Source: a virus
Lineage: Duplodnaviria > Caudoviricetes
Length of the DNA stretch: 64,000 nucleotides
Virus record (IMG/VR): IMGVR_UViG_3300005683_000038
Span: 7,465-71,464 of that record
Reading direction: 5' to 3' (one strand)
Shown: piece after piece, positions 25,985-36,800 of the stretch
Layout of the letters: the number at the start of each line of letters is the position of its first letter
Numbering within the stretch: position 1 is the first letter of the stretch
Translations under genes and position numbers: made by a program
Notes under the pieces: generated by a model
What the model was told of the DNA's origin: nothing
What the model saw: the letters and a program-made list of their open reading frames with translations, nothing else
Database searches by the model: none

Positions 25985-26308
25985 TTAACCAACCCCCTTC
26001 ATTGCCTCGGCTATGATTCTTTGCGCAATCACATGGAGCCTTTGCGTGGGGACCTTCATAATTGCGATTCGCAAAGCGTCGGCGCTTTTGTCGGAAAGCT
26101 CTTGGCGCTCCTTGTGGCACGCATCGCAGAGTGTTTGAAGAAGACTGTCTGGATATTCCCAAGGGTCCATCCTGCGGTAAACGACGTGGCGAACCTGAAG
26201 GTTTCGAGTTGAGTCTCCACAGGAAAAACACTTCCACCCGTCGCGGTCTAAGATCAGGAGACGCTTTTTTTGCCAGCGAGGATCACGAAGCTTTTCGGAG
26301 TAGGTCAT
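25985..26308 (-). CDS. HNH-fold protein, possibly degenerate
   Basis: PRWQKKRL.IL.RD.WKC..C, LQVRH, PWEY, LC..CH. Confidence 0.8.
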   Translation of the reverse strand: MTYSEKLRDPRWQKKRLLILDRDGWKCFSCGDSTRNLQVRHVVYRRMDPWEYPDSLLQTLCDACHKERQELSDKSADALRIAIMKVPTQRLHVIAQRIIAEAMKGVG

Positions 26309-26481
26309 ACAGTCAATCAGTCAGCGGGATTGTTTCTCTCATAACACCCCAATGCGTTGCAACAAAAAACTGCGCGCGATGCTGGAATTTATTGCGGCCA
26401 TCAAAATCCCTTGCTTACCAAGTGCTTTGAGCTTAACAATCGCATGGCAGCAGTGCCCGGCTGCGTAAGACCGTACGCCAG

Positions 26482-26691
26482 ATGGCAACCAATCGAGAGC
26501 AAATTGCGGCGCGCGGCACATCGAATCAGGCAACCACACTGGTTATCCCGAAAGTGCCTTCAGCCAAACTGCCTCCACGCATCTTGAAGGCGTATCCCGA
26601 ACTCGAAGAATGGCAGCGCGAGCAGGAGCGTCAACACGAGCACTGGCGCGAGCAAGTCAACGTCATCCTCGTGGGCAAGATTGGAGGCTGA
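26482..26691 (+). CDS. Hypothetical protein
   Basis: First plus-strand ORF after the divergence point. Confidence 0.55.
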   Translation: MATNREQIAARGTSNQATTLVIPKVPSAKLPPRILKAYPELEEWQREQERQHEHWREQVNVILVGKIGG

Positions 26692-26700
26692 TCGGATTTT

Positions 26701-27009
26701 ATGGCAAGGCAAAGCAACATCAACCCGTGGCAGCGGTTTACTGAGTCGCTGTCCGCTGGAAATTATCCCGGAAGCTCTGGCTACTGGGGATTCCCGGCGG
26801 CATCGCGTTATCCGTATTCGCAGCAGGGACCGAATGAATACGGGCTCTATCCCGGGGACGCTGCCAAGGCGAATCTGGCCCGCCTTGCCGGGGTTCAGGC
26901 GCCAGCAGGATTGGCCGGATTCAGCCGCAATGGCGGTCGGGTTGCTCCCGGGCTGAGTGCGAGCCATGCGCGCCGTTGCTGGAAACACCCGCCTGTGGGG
27001 TTTGATTGA
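26701..27009 (+). CDS. Hypothetical protein, possibly a truncated relic
   Basis: Plausible Gly/Tyr/Pro N-terminal half, implausible C-terminus. Confidence 0.4.
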   Translation: MARQSNINPWQRFTESLSAGNYPGSSGYWGFPAASRYPYSQQGPNEYGLYPGDAAKANLARLAGVQAPAGLAGFSRNGGRVAPGLSASHARRCWKHPPVGFD

Positions 27010-27388
27010 CGGTTACAAGGCCAAGACGAAGGGCATTCGTCGGTATCGCGGATAGGTTCTAAAAAAGGCGGCGCAGATTTCACCGCAGTTGCTCAAGCAG
27101 GCGGAATCCATCGAAGACCCAATTCTGGTGTTGATGGCTGATTCGTACGAAGGCGGCAACCGGTCGCAATTCGTCGTCGAGGCCAACCAAAGCGCTTTGC
27201 AACGCGAAGACTCGGTGACGCAGAGTGTTCAGGATGCTCGGGCGCTCGGGGACCTGACTCGTTACACATTCACCGCGCAAGGCTTGCTGATAACCCTGCT
27301 GATCCCGTTGACAGTTTTTATTGTCTATCCCTTGCTAGGGGCTGGTGCGGTGATTGAACGTGACTACGAGAGACGTCGGCCCGACTAG
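26966..27388 (+). pseudogene. Interrupted ORF with in-frame TAG at 27053-27055
   Basis: MRAVAGNTRLWGLIDGYKAKTKGIRRYRG*VLKKAAQISPQLLKQAESIEDP... in one frame. Confidence 0.3.
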
Positions 27389-27454
27389 ACCCACGATTGA
27401 CCAGAGGCTGAATGACCACTTGCGTGGTGACGATTCCCGTATTAAAGTCGTCAT

Positions 27455-28000
27455 ATGAATACGGTGACAAATAAACCAACGAAGACGCCCATAAAACGCA
27501 ATCGGCCATTCAGAATCTTGAAGCCACTTGACCCGAGCAAGATCGCTGAGAAGTTGACTGAACTAGGAGCGAGTAACAAAGAGATTGCTGAACTGTATGG
27601 GGTGAAAGAGAATCAGTTCTATGTTTGGCAACGAGCCCTGCCTGATCTGAAAAAGGCCGTTGAAAAAGGTCGTCTTCGAGCCGATGAACGAGTGATTGAT
27701 TCTTTGTTCAACTTGGCCTTGCGTGGGAATGTCACGGCTCAGATCTTTTGGTTGAAGAACCGGCAGCCGAATGAATGGAATGACCGCCGTGAGCTGTTCG
27801 GCAAGATTACAGTGGAGAATCAGTCGCCAGATGAATTGGATCGTGCCAGTGATGCTGAGTTGCGGAAGATCCTTGGCACCGGTGGTTTGTGTCTATTGCG
27901 CGACCAACCGGCGGAGAATGGAAACGGTCATCCAGACCGGAAAACGGTTCCGGCGAAAAACAATAATGGTGATGATTCTTCTGAAACCGACCCGTGGTAG
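27455..28000 (+). CDS. terS: Terminase small subunit
   Basis: HTH GASNKEIAELYGV, VIDSLFNLAL.GNVTAQIFWLKNR; upstream of TerL. Confidence 0.85.
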   Translation: MNTVTNKPTKTPIKRNRPFRILKPLDPSKIAEKLTELGASNKEIAELYGVKENQFYVWQRALPDLKKAVEKGRLRADERVIDSLFNLALRGNVTAQIFWLKNRQPNEWNDRRELFGKITVENQSPDELDRASDAELRKILGTGGLCLLRDQPAENGNGHPDRKTVPAKNNNGDDSSETDPW

Positions 28001-28027
28001 ATAATAAGGTATGAACAGCTTGGCCGG

Positions 28028-28372
28028 ATGCCGTCACAGTCTATTAAGTTTATGAACACCCCTACCGACCGCCAACTAAAATTCGCACTCGCAAAAGAGT
28101 TGCCGGAGTTGATTGAAGTCTTTTTGAAATGCACATGTCCTGTGCCTCTCGAAGAATCAGACAATTGTAAATGCTCTGACTATAATTTCTTTTGGCGGGA
28201 CACAAAGGCTGGTGTTACTGACCGCGAATGGGATTGGGTGGTGAATGAAGTTATATCAAACTCCTCTGTTTCAGTAGAGCTAGAGAATCTAGTTCCAACA
28301 TTAAACTGGGGTAATGCAACTTGGCAACAACGCGCTATTGCCTACTTCAAAACCGTCGGAAAAGAGATTTGA
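28028..28372 (+). CDS. Hypothetical protein (AT-richer insert)
   Basis: ORF between terS and terL. Confidence 0.55.
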   Translation: MPSQSIKFMNTPTDRQLKFALAKELPELIEVFLKCTCPVPLEESDNCKCSDYNFFWRDTKAGVTDREWDWVVNEVISNSSVSVELENLVPTLNWGNATWQQRAIAYFKTVGKEI

Positions 28373-28385
28373 CGATAATAAGACG

Positions 28386-28574
28386 ATGAAGTGTAAATAT
28401 TCAATCTGGGGTTGGTCGCTTGGTGGTGTCGGCGGTGGACTGGCGGCGATATTGTTGGTGCGGCTGCTGGCTGATTCTTCTTTTCCTTTGCTGCCACTTG
28501 TGCTTTTGTTTTTCTGGAGCGGGTCGTGCATTGGCCTGTGGGCCGGCGGTAAACTGGATGATGGAACATGGTAA
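28386..28574 (+). CDS. Small two-helix membrane protein
   Basis: Hydrophobic Gly/Leu-rich segments. Confidence 0.45.
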   Translation: MKCKYSIWGWSLGGVGGGLAAILLVRLLADSSFPLLPLVLLFFWSGSCIGLWAGGKLDDGTW

Positions 28575-28595
28575 CAGAAGAATGATAATACGAAC

Positions 28596-28898
28596 ATGAG
28601 ACATTCACAACGACTACAGAAAATCCTCGCCACCCTCACCCTCATTTCCGCCACTTTCCAAGCGACGGTGGTTAATCGAGCAACCCAGGCCCGGATCAAA
28701 GCGAAGAAGTCACTCGGTTACATCCCCACTGCTGGATACGGGCACGGCTCTTACGGTGCCCGGGCGGACGGACACGGACCAGACTCGCACACGATGGAGC
28801 AACGCACACAAATTGGTTCGCGCCGTTTCATCCGTCAGCAACGGAGGATGGTGAACACTTTGAGCTGGCATCCTTTCAGCAAGATGATTCGCAGCTGA
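28596..28898 (+). CDS. Hypothetical basic protein
   Basis: Abuts the terL start. Confidence 0.5.
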   Translation: MRHSQRLQKILATLTLISATFQATVVNRATQARIKAKKSLGYIPTAGYGHGSYGARADGHGPDSHTMEQRTQIGSRRFIRQQRRMVNTLSWHPFSKMIRS

Positions 28899-28899
28899 T

Positions 28900-30510
28900 G
28901 TGAGCGTGCTGAATCCATCTCTCGAACAGGTACCGGCCGCTACCAGAACCAAACTGGCAGCGGCCGTTAATCGTGCCAAGCGGATCCTAGCCAAACGGTA
29001 CTTCTACGAATTCGTTCAGCAAGCCTGGCACGTCCTTGAGCCAGAGAAGGAATACAGTGACAACTGGCACATCAAAGCTCTGTGCGAGCACCTCCAAGCG
29101 ATATCTGAGGGGAGAATAACCAATGTCATTATCAACGTCCCGCCGGGCACAATGAAGTCTCTCATTGTGTCAGTTCTTTGGCCGGCTTGGGAGTGGGGTC
29201 CAAATGATCGACCTGGGAAACGATTTATGTCGGCCAGTTATGCTGAACCGCTGGCAATGCGTGATGCAGTAAAGACACGTGACTTGGTTCAGAGTGAGTG
29301 GTACCAAGCACGGTGGCCGATTGAGTTGCGCGATGACATTAACGCCAAAGGCAAATACCAGAACTTAGCTGGCGGGTGGCGACTGGTTGCTTCCGTCGGT
29401 GGTAAGGGAATAGGTGAACATCCTGACTACCTGATAATTGACGATCCGCACAATCCAATCGAAATGGAGAGTGAGGCTGAGCGAAAGGCCGTAGTGGATT
29501 GGTTGGATGGTGTTATTTCTTCCCGTGGTGTAACCCGTGACGTTCGTCGCGTGGTAGTGATGCAGCGACTCCACACCCAGGACGCGAGCGGTCACCTGCT
29601 AGAAAAGCGAGACCCGGCGGGACAGCCTATTTGGGAGCATATCTGCCTGCCGATGCGTTATGAGGCACCAACGCGAGATGAAGTAACGGGATCGGTGATA
29701 TTCCGGATGCGACCGACTTCGATTGGTTGGACTGACCCGCGCACAAGAGAAGGTGAGCTGCTTTGGCCAAACCTTTACACGATGACACGAGTCGAAGCGA
29801 TGGAATCCAACATGGGGCTCTATCACGCGGCTGGTCAGCTTCAGCAACGACCGACTCCACGTGGTGGTGGTAAGTTCAAGCGGGCTTGGTTTGAGGTGCT
29901 CACCACTTGTCCGCCTTTGATTCAGGGAGTTCGTTATTGGGACAAGGCCGGATCAAAAGGAGGCACGGGCGCACGGACGGCTGGGGTGTTTATTGGTGCC
30001 TATGATGATCCGAGTGTGCCAACCAGTTCACCTCTTCGTCGCAAATACATCATCACCGACGCCCAAGGACACCGGGTAGAGGCACCTGAACGGGAGATGA
30101 TTATTAAGCAGCAGGCAACGATTGACCAGCGGTTTTATCCGGCAGTGGTGACTTGGGTTGAGCAAGAACCAGGGTCAGGAGGAAAAGAGTCAGCTCAGAA
30201 CACCGTTGCCAATCTGGCTGGTTTTACGTGCATGGCGGAGCGGGTGACTGGGAGCAAGGAAGTTCGCGCTGATCCTTTGTCGAGTCAAGCCAGCGTCGGC
30301 AAGATAAAATTGTTGGCTGGTAATTGGAACAAAGAGTTCTTAGATGAGATTGAGTTGTTTCCGCTCGGCAAACTGAAAGATTTGGTAGATGCAGCCGGCG
30401 GCGGGTTCAACAAGCTCTTCCAGCCGACGGTGTTTGTTGGGGCTGATTGGGTGCGACTTAATCCAAGTGAAGAGCGTGAGCAGTTTGAACCAGACCGATT
30501 AGATTTATGA
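28900..30510 (+). CDS. terL: Terminase large subunit
   Basis: INVPPGTMKS, LIIDDPH, MQRLH, RYWDKAG, EQEPGSGGK, DLVDA. Confidence 0.95.
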   Translation: MSVLNPSLEQVPAATRTKLAAAVNRAKRILAKRYFYEFVQQAWHVLEPEKEYSDNWHIKALCEHLQAISEGRITNVIINVPPGTMKSLIVSVLWPAWEWGPNDRPGKRFMSASYAEPLAMRDAVKTRDLVQSEWYQARWPIELRDDINAKGKYQNLAGGWRLVASVGGKGIGEHPDYLIIDDPHNPIEMESEAERKAVVDWLDGVISSRGVTRDVRRVVVMQRLHTQDASGHLLEKRDPAGQPIWEHICLPMRYEAPTRDEVTGSVIFRMRPTSIGWTDPRTREGELLWPNLYTMTRVEAMESNMGLYHAAGQLQQRPTPRGGGKFKRAWFEVLTTCPPLIQGVRYWDKAGSKGGTGARTAGVFIGAYDDPSVPTSSPLRRKYIITDAQGHRVEAPEREMIIKQQATIDQRFYPAVVTWVEQEPGSGGKESAQNTVANLAGFTCMAERVTGSKEVRADPLSSQASVGKIKLLAGNWNKEFLDEIELFPLGKLKDLVDAAGGGFNKLFQPTVFVGADWVRLNPSEEREQFEPDRLDL

Positions 30511-30680
30511 ACCCAAACCTGACACGGGTATGGATTCGCAAATGGGATGAGAACTGGATGATCCCTTCCTCGCAACGGAGGAGCGAACGACCAGAGAAGG
30601 CGCAAGCCGGTTGGAGCTTGGCCCGCCAAACTGGAAATATACCTGTCAGCGGTGCGTTGTCACCGCTGGCTTTTCTTTGA
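30507..30680 (+). CDS. 57-aa hypothetical protein
   Basis: ATGA overlap with the terL stop; manual translation. Confidence 0.35.
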   Translation: MNPNLTRVWIRKWDENWMIPSSQRRSERPEKAQAGWSLARQTGNIPVSGALSPLAFL

Positions 30681-30682
30681 TT

Positions 30683-31134
30683 ATGAGCAACTTGGTTGAC
30701 TTGTCCATTGAGGAATTGGAAGTAGTAAACGGTGAGCTTTTAAGCCACAAGCAACGGCTGTCAGCTGAGAAACAAGCATTGCAGGGTCAGCTGGGTGTGT
30801 TGAAAGCTAAATGCACCATTCGTCTTTCCCCTTTAGAATATCACAAAGTTCAGACTGAACGTGGTCAAGTGGTCAATCAGCTTTCTGAAAAAGAAGTTGA
30901 AATTGGAAACCTCAACATTCAGTTGCGCGAAGTGATGACGGTGCTTGAGGTTAGGAAACGGCAATCCGGGAAGATACCACCGAAAGAGGTAAAGGAATTG
31001 GTAGGAATACGTGACCGCTGGCACGACTTTAGCATGGACCCTCCAACCATCAAAAGGCACGTGAGGTGGCTTGGAAGATTTCGCAAGAGATCCGAACGTG
31101 TCTGCGTTCGTTCTTTAACCTAACTGATGGATGA
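30683..31134 (+). CDS. Coiled-coil protein with an apparent frameshift near 31040
   Basis: One extra C at GACCCTCC would give ...MDPSNHQKAREVAWKISQEIRTCLRSFFNLTDG*, ending 3 nt before the next ATG. Confidence 0.5.
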
Positions 31135-31137
31135 TTT

Positions 31138-31452
31138 ATGAAAGAAGGAATTGCTTCACCTGAACTCGTAAAGAAATGGCTGGCACAGGGACGAGTCAAT
31201 ATCACTCCTGCCTCAGCGTCTGACCAGGTTGTGCCGGTGAAAGGAGCGTGGCACAAAAAAGGTGAAGGAAATGGACTTCACCTCCGTCCAAAGACGATTG
31301 CTTTGTTTTTGGTGCTAGATCCAGTCATCACTCATCACACTGTCATGCGGGAATTGGAAGTGGTTCGCATGACGGCAGCCAATATCCTTTACCATTGGAA
31401 GCAGATGGGATGGATTGAATCAGTTTCTTGGGGGGGTGTATCGGCGGACTGA
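31138..31452 (+). CDS. Hypothetical protein, possible winged helix
   Basis: Short helical C-terminus AANILYHWKQMGWIE. Confidence 0.45.
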   Translation: MKEGIASPELVKKWLAQGRVNITPASASDQVVPVKGAWHKKGEGNGLHLRPKTIALFLVLDPVITHHTVMRELEVVRMTAANILYHWKQMGWIESVSWGGVSAD

Positions 31453-31563
31453 TTTGTTTGGCAAGAAGATTGATTGAGTTACTTTTTTGAAATTCTTCCT
31501 TTACATTCCTCTATCATCTGCAATTTACTCATAGCGGGGTTAGGAGTATGACTGCTCCAAGCC

Positions 31564-33351
31564 GTGTTGATGAGATTGCTAGGACTAACGATTGAGCGCG
31601 CCACGCCAGAGTTGATGGTTCGAGGAACCGACTTTGAGGCGCGCTCAATCGTTTCAGCCTCTCAAGAACTCCCTACCAGCAGCACCGATCTCCAGATTGT
31701 CCGCCAGCAACGCAAGGCTGGGATGCGTGGTGATGAGATGGTTGATCGGGTAGTGATGTCTGATCCGCTTGGTGATTGGTATTTGGCTTTGCCGTCAAAG
31801 CTGGAGCCGAAGCAAGTGGATTCGATCATGCGGGCTTCGCTCGCCGGCAACATTTGGCAGTTCACCCAGCTGGTGCAGCGGATGATGGAATCGTGGCCGA
31901 TGTTGAAGAAATGCTCACATGAGTTGCGCCAAGCGGTGTCACGGGTCAAATACACCGTGGTTCCATTTGTTGAGAAAGAAGGAGAAGATCCGACTCCAAC
32001 CTCCGTCGAGAAGTCTGATACCGTGGCCCGGGCGATGCGGTCGTTTGAGATTGATCGCTTTTCAGATGAGGAGAGTTTTAACGGGTTGGTGTATGACATA
32101 ACCGACGCGGCGATTGTCGGGCTCTCCATCAGCGAAATCATGTGGCATCAGCAGGCTGATCCGGCGGGCACATTGGAGTGGTTGCCGCGGGCCAGTGCTT
32201 ATGTCCATCCGCGCCTCTATGCGTTTTCAAGCGACGGAAAGATAGGAATTGGTCGAAGCAACACGGATGATCCGATGTGGCAGCAGGTCCAAGCGGCCAA
32301 GCCAGTGTTGAACAATCCGATGAAATACATCGTAGCCAAGTTCAAATCAGGCAGCGGGTCCTGTCTGAAGAACGGGTTGGCGCGGTCGTTGTGCTGGTGG
32401 TGGGTGGCGGTGGTTTACGGACGTGACTTTGCATTGTCCTTCGCTCAGAAATTTGGCGGGCCGTTCCTCGACATTCCCTACCAAAGCGGTATTCCCAAGG
32501 AGGACATTGATAGACTCGAACGGCTCGCCAAGCGAGCTGCCAATCTCGGTTACTGCGTCCATCCAAATACGGGTGAAGTTAAGGTGACACCGGCTCAAAG
32601 CATGGGCGGTGAGAATCCACAAGTGGTGTTGATGCGGATGGCGGATGAGGCGTGTCAGATTCTGTTGCTGGGCCAGACGGCTTCGACCATGGGCACGCCA
32701 GGGATGCTCGGACAAGAGAATTCACGTGAGACGGTCCGCCGGGAGTATGTGGAAGGGTTTGCTGCTTGGGTGGCTGAGATCCTGACTGAGCAGTTTGCTT
32801 GGACGGTGGTGAAGCAGAATTATCACTTGTCCAGTGCGGTTACGGAACGACCGAAAGTCATTGCTGATTTCACCGAGACAGAAGACCCCATGCAGGCAGC
32901 GACGCGCTGGAGCACATTGCTTCACACGGGTCAGCCGTTCCATGCTGATGAGTTTTATGACGGGGTTGGTGCTCGTCAGCCCGAAGAAGGCGACAAAGTC
33001 GTCGTTGGTCAGAAGATTGGAACGATGGGGCCAGACGACTTCATTGTTACTGGCCAACCTGATTACGGTTACGGGTTTGATGACTGGGGCAATCCTATTC
33101 CTCCGCCTGAGATGCAGCAGATGGGGATGGTGCCTGGGCAAACGATGGGCGAATTCAACGGTCAGCAGATGATGGCACGCGATTCTCAGGTCCGTCGTGC
33201 GTTATCTCGCGCATCTCTCAGCGAACTCAACGCTCTGCGGGCAAAGGCTGCGGCCTGTGTCAAAGCGCGAGAGACAGGACACATCAACGGAGAGCACAAC
33301 GAATTTATCGCGGCCCTGCGCCAATTACAAGTCAACCATTCAAGACGATGA
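31564..33351 (+). CDS. Portal protein, DUF935/Mu gp29 family (true start may be downstream)
   Basis: DAAIVGLSISEIMW, GLARSLCWWW, FAQKFGGP, LLLGQTAST; position after terL. Confidence 0.85.
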   Translation: MLMRLLGLTIERATPELMVRGTDFEARSIVSASQELPTSSTDLQIVRQQRKAGMRGDEMVDRVVMSDPLGDWYLALPSKLEPKQVDSIMRASLAGNIWQFTQLVQRMMESWPMLKKCSHELRQAVSRVKYTVVPFVEKEGEDPTPTSVEKSDTVARAMRSFEIDRFSDEESFNGLVYDITDAAIVGLSISEIMWHQQADPAGTLEWLPRASAYVHPRLYAFSSDGKIGIGRSNTDDPMWQQVQAAKPVLNNPMKYIVAKFKSGSGSCLKNGLARSLCWWWVAVVYGRDFALSFAQKFGGPFLDIPYQSGIPKEDIDRLERLAKRAANLGYCVHPNTGEVKVTPAQSMGGENPQVVLMRMADEACQILLLGQTASTMGTPGMLGQENSRETVRREYVEGFAAWVAEILTEQFAWTVVKQNYHLSSAVTERPKVIADFTETEDPMQAATRWSTLLHTGQPFHADEFYDGVGARQPEEGDKVVVGQKIGTMGPDDFIVTGQPDYGYGFDDWGNPIPPPEMQQMGMVPGQTMGEFNGQQMMARDSQVRRALSRASLSELNALRAKAAACVKARETGHINGEHNEFIAALRQLQVNHSRR

Positions 33352-33848
33352 AGATCAAAGACAAGAAAGCCAGACAGGACAAGCCCCAGGTAACTGAAAC
33401 GCCGGAAACGGTTTCACCAGAGATTGCAAGCACAGAGGCGGCAGTTCCCGTTGAGGTTACCGAAGTGGTGACAGCGGCCGCAGCCGAGGAAGAGGAAGGC
33501 TGGGATTTGGCAGCTAAGGAACGGGAAAAGAAGGCGAAGGACACTGCCGTGGAGGAAGAGTGGTGCCGGCAGCAGATGGTTGGCTTTCAGGTTTATGCTC
33601 CTTCACTTGAGGAGTATGTGGCGGCAGGCTATACGGCAGCCAACTACCCTCCGTCCTTTGCCACGCAACGCAAGCAGACGGAAGAGTGGCATCGCTTGCG
33701 TGATGCCCAATTGAAGCAACCGGCGAAAGAACAGCCGAAGCGGGAGGCAGTTGAAAGCATTTTAACAACGGCCCTGAATACGAACACGGTGAGCAAGACG
33801 GCGCAGAATATGCGGTCGTTCGGCAAGCCGCAGACGTTTCGAGCCTGA
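33348..33848 (+). CDS. Acidic hypothetical head-region protein
   Basis: ATGA overlap; PSLEEYVAAGY..NYPP motif. Confidence 0.6.
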   Translation: MKIKDKKARQDKPQVTETPETVSPEIASTEAAVPVEVTEVVTAAAAEEEEGWDLAAKEREKKAKDTAVEEEWCRQQMVGFQVYAPSLEEYVAAGYTAANYPPSFATQRKQTEEWHRLRDAQLKQPAKEQPKREAVESILTTALNTNTVSKTAQNMRSFGKPQTFRA

Positions 33849-33856
33849 AAGGAACT

Positions 33857-36800
33857 ATGCCAGCTTGGTTAAATCAGACAGATGAAGGGAAGTGGGAGAC
33901 GGCTAAGAGTGCCGTCCTCAAGTCGTGTCAGGAGACTGATCCGGCTTTTCTTCCTTTGGTTACTGCCGTCTTCCGAAAGATGGGTGGGGTGGTGGCTGAC
34001 GATGCCGTGATGGCGAGTTGGTCGGATGCGGCAAGGGAGGCTGCGGCGGAAGCTCGTAGGAATGGTTCTCATGCTTGGAAAAAGGATGAGGAGGCATTTA
34101 ATGCGACAGTGAATTTGGCTTCAACCGGTGGTAGTGCGGAATCACACCAACGGGCGGCTGATTTGCACAAAGTGGCATTGGCAGCTCATCAATCGGCTGC
34201 TTCAGAAAAAGGGCCTGAGACGGATAGTCATTCTTTTCGTGCTGACATCCATAAAGAATACATTCAAAAGCATGAAAAAGAGGCCGCCGGGTTCAAGTCG
34301 GGCGGTCATGTCGTTTTCCAAGGTGATGCCGCTTCCCTTCCGCACCCTTCTCCGTCTAATGAAAAAGACAAATACGGTTTTACCGTATTTAATCAAGGGA
34401 AGGTTTACACCCCAAAGCATTTAGAAGGTCAGGTGGACAAGCATTACCGGTCCAAGGGATATACAAAGAATCGAGACAGGTCGAGGGGAGGCAGCTGGGG
34501 ACCAGCGACATATACTCGGAATGGTGCTCGTGTGTCAGTCCATTCCATTCAAGGTGATTCTACTAAAGCATCTGATGTTTCATTTGACGATGCCGTGATG
34601 GCGAGTTGGAGTGAGGAAGCCAGACAGGCAGCATTGGAGAAGCGACGTGAGTTGAAGAGCCAGCACAACGGCAAAGCCGGAATTGATTTTATCGCACCAC
34701 ACGGATCACCAGGCCATTTCATGGCGGTGGTAAAAGACAAGAGCCGATTGTCGGAAGCGGCTGAGCACCTGGAGGACGCTGGTCATACTGTGACGAAAGT
34801 CCACTCTGGTGATGAGAATACCCATCCTGCTGTTCATTTTACACCGAAAGGTGAGGCGGCGGCTGAGGCGAGGAGTCGAACCACATCTGCTTATCGCAAA
34901 ATGGCTTCTCATGCTTTTGAGGCATCTGATGAAGCTGATCGAGCAACTGCCTCTGCACATGGTCGTTTTTCTAGTCGATCCAACCATGAGTTAGCAGCCA
35001 ATATGCACCGGCAGGCGGCTCTTCACCATAGTCAGAACTATGATGAAATGAGTGAAGGAAGCGGGATGCGAAAAGGAGCAGGTGACATGATTGACTACCA
35101 TGAGAATCAAGCTAAGAAGCATGACCGATTGGCAAAAGGTAGTTCTACCAAAGCAAGTGACCCAACTGGAGATGAATTCATGAGTGACACAATTAAGGCG
35201 AGTTGGTCTGATGCGGCTCGTGAAGCCGCTGCGGCGAGTCGGAAGGCGCACATGGAATCGGCTGAGGCATCTGGATCAACTGATTTCAGTCTGCACCGTG
35301 CGGCAACAGACGCGCATCGAGAGGCAGATGATGCTCATCGAAATGCGGCGAATCAAGCTCGAAAAGAAGGTAAGAATTGGAAGTACCACAACCGCCAAGC
35401 TCGTCAACACGAGGCATTGGCAAACCATCACTCAGACCTCGCTGAGGAGTATGATTCCAATGGTGCTGAATCTTCAGATGCTGGTGGTACGTCATTTCAT
35501 GACGATTCTCCCGCCAAGGCGACAGAGCAATTGGCAAGTGAACGCAATATGATCACCGCCCGCGATCCAATCGTTCGTTGCCGCGATTATGGCTTTGCTC
35601 TTTCCAAGTCGGTCAAGGCGAAGAAAGTTTGGAAGCCGGGTGAGCAAGTGGACTTCCAGTGGATGCCGGGTGGGGTTCATGCAATTACTGCCTCGTATGG
35701 CCGAGGTGATCGCAATGTGCCAATTGAGTTGTGGGTCCATTGCAATGAAGCTGGCGCCCGTCGGGTTCAGCAGTCATTCGAGCAGATCATGGCAACGAAT
35801 TCGCGCCGTCCTCCTTTCATTTGCATTGAGCACCAGGCGAAGGAACGGGCCGGGCAGCCGGTTGGTTTTAAGTGGGGCGTAATTGAACATGACCAAGGCA
35901 GTGACACTGGCATCATTTGCACTTGCGACCCGTCAGCCCTCGGAGCCAACAATGTCAACGGCAAGATCCATACCTCGTTCAGTCCGACGTTTGACACTGA
36001 TGCCGATTACTCTCAATTGCGTTGCACTGGTTGCGCGAAGGACCGTAACGGTTGCCAGTGCGCTTCGCCACATGCCTTTGCCTTTGCCCGTGGGGCCCGT
36101 GGCAGCCAGGAGAATCCAGCAGAGGTGACTCGGCTCGATGCTCAGTCAGTTGGGTCGTTAACGAACTGGAATGCGTTCAAAGAGATTTTGCCGATTGCTG
36201 CCCGTGAACCTGAAACGGTGAAAGCTGGCGGCACGAGTGAGGGTGCGAAGAAGGGGTGGGAGCATCGTGGAAACATTGCCCATGATTTGAGTGCAAAAGC
36301 CGATATCGCAGAACAAGAGGCCGATGACTCTGCTACGATCAAAACATATAGAAAAGCAGCGGATATTCACCATAAGGCTTCAAGGGCTCATCGCGAGGCC
36401 GCAGACGCTGCGAGTGAAGAGGGCTACAAAGATGCGGCGACAGTCCATGAACAAGCGGCAAGTTTTCATTACCGCAAATCAATAGGTTTGCACGCAAAAG
36501 GTGATTCTGTCAAATCTCGTCAGCCTACTACCGCCGCCGAGAATCCCAATCCTGTCTTTGCGACGTATCCAGACCTGGCGTTGGCGAGTGTGAAGGCTGA
36601 TGAGGCTGAGGCAAGTGTGAAGGCGACTTGGTCCGATGCGGCGAGGGAGGCTGCGGCGGAAGCTCGTAGGAATGGTTCTCATGCAGGTGGCGATGAACAC
36701 GATAGTTCAAGTGAAGGGAGGTTATTAAACCAACCCTTGTCTCCTGCATTCAAGTCTCATGTTATTGAGCATTTGAAAAATCATATAGGAATACACGCGC

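Noticed and set aside
27419-27447. Sigma70-like promoter TTGCGT-17-TAAAGT before terS
   Set aside because: Single weak match with no repeated late-promoter motif to support it.
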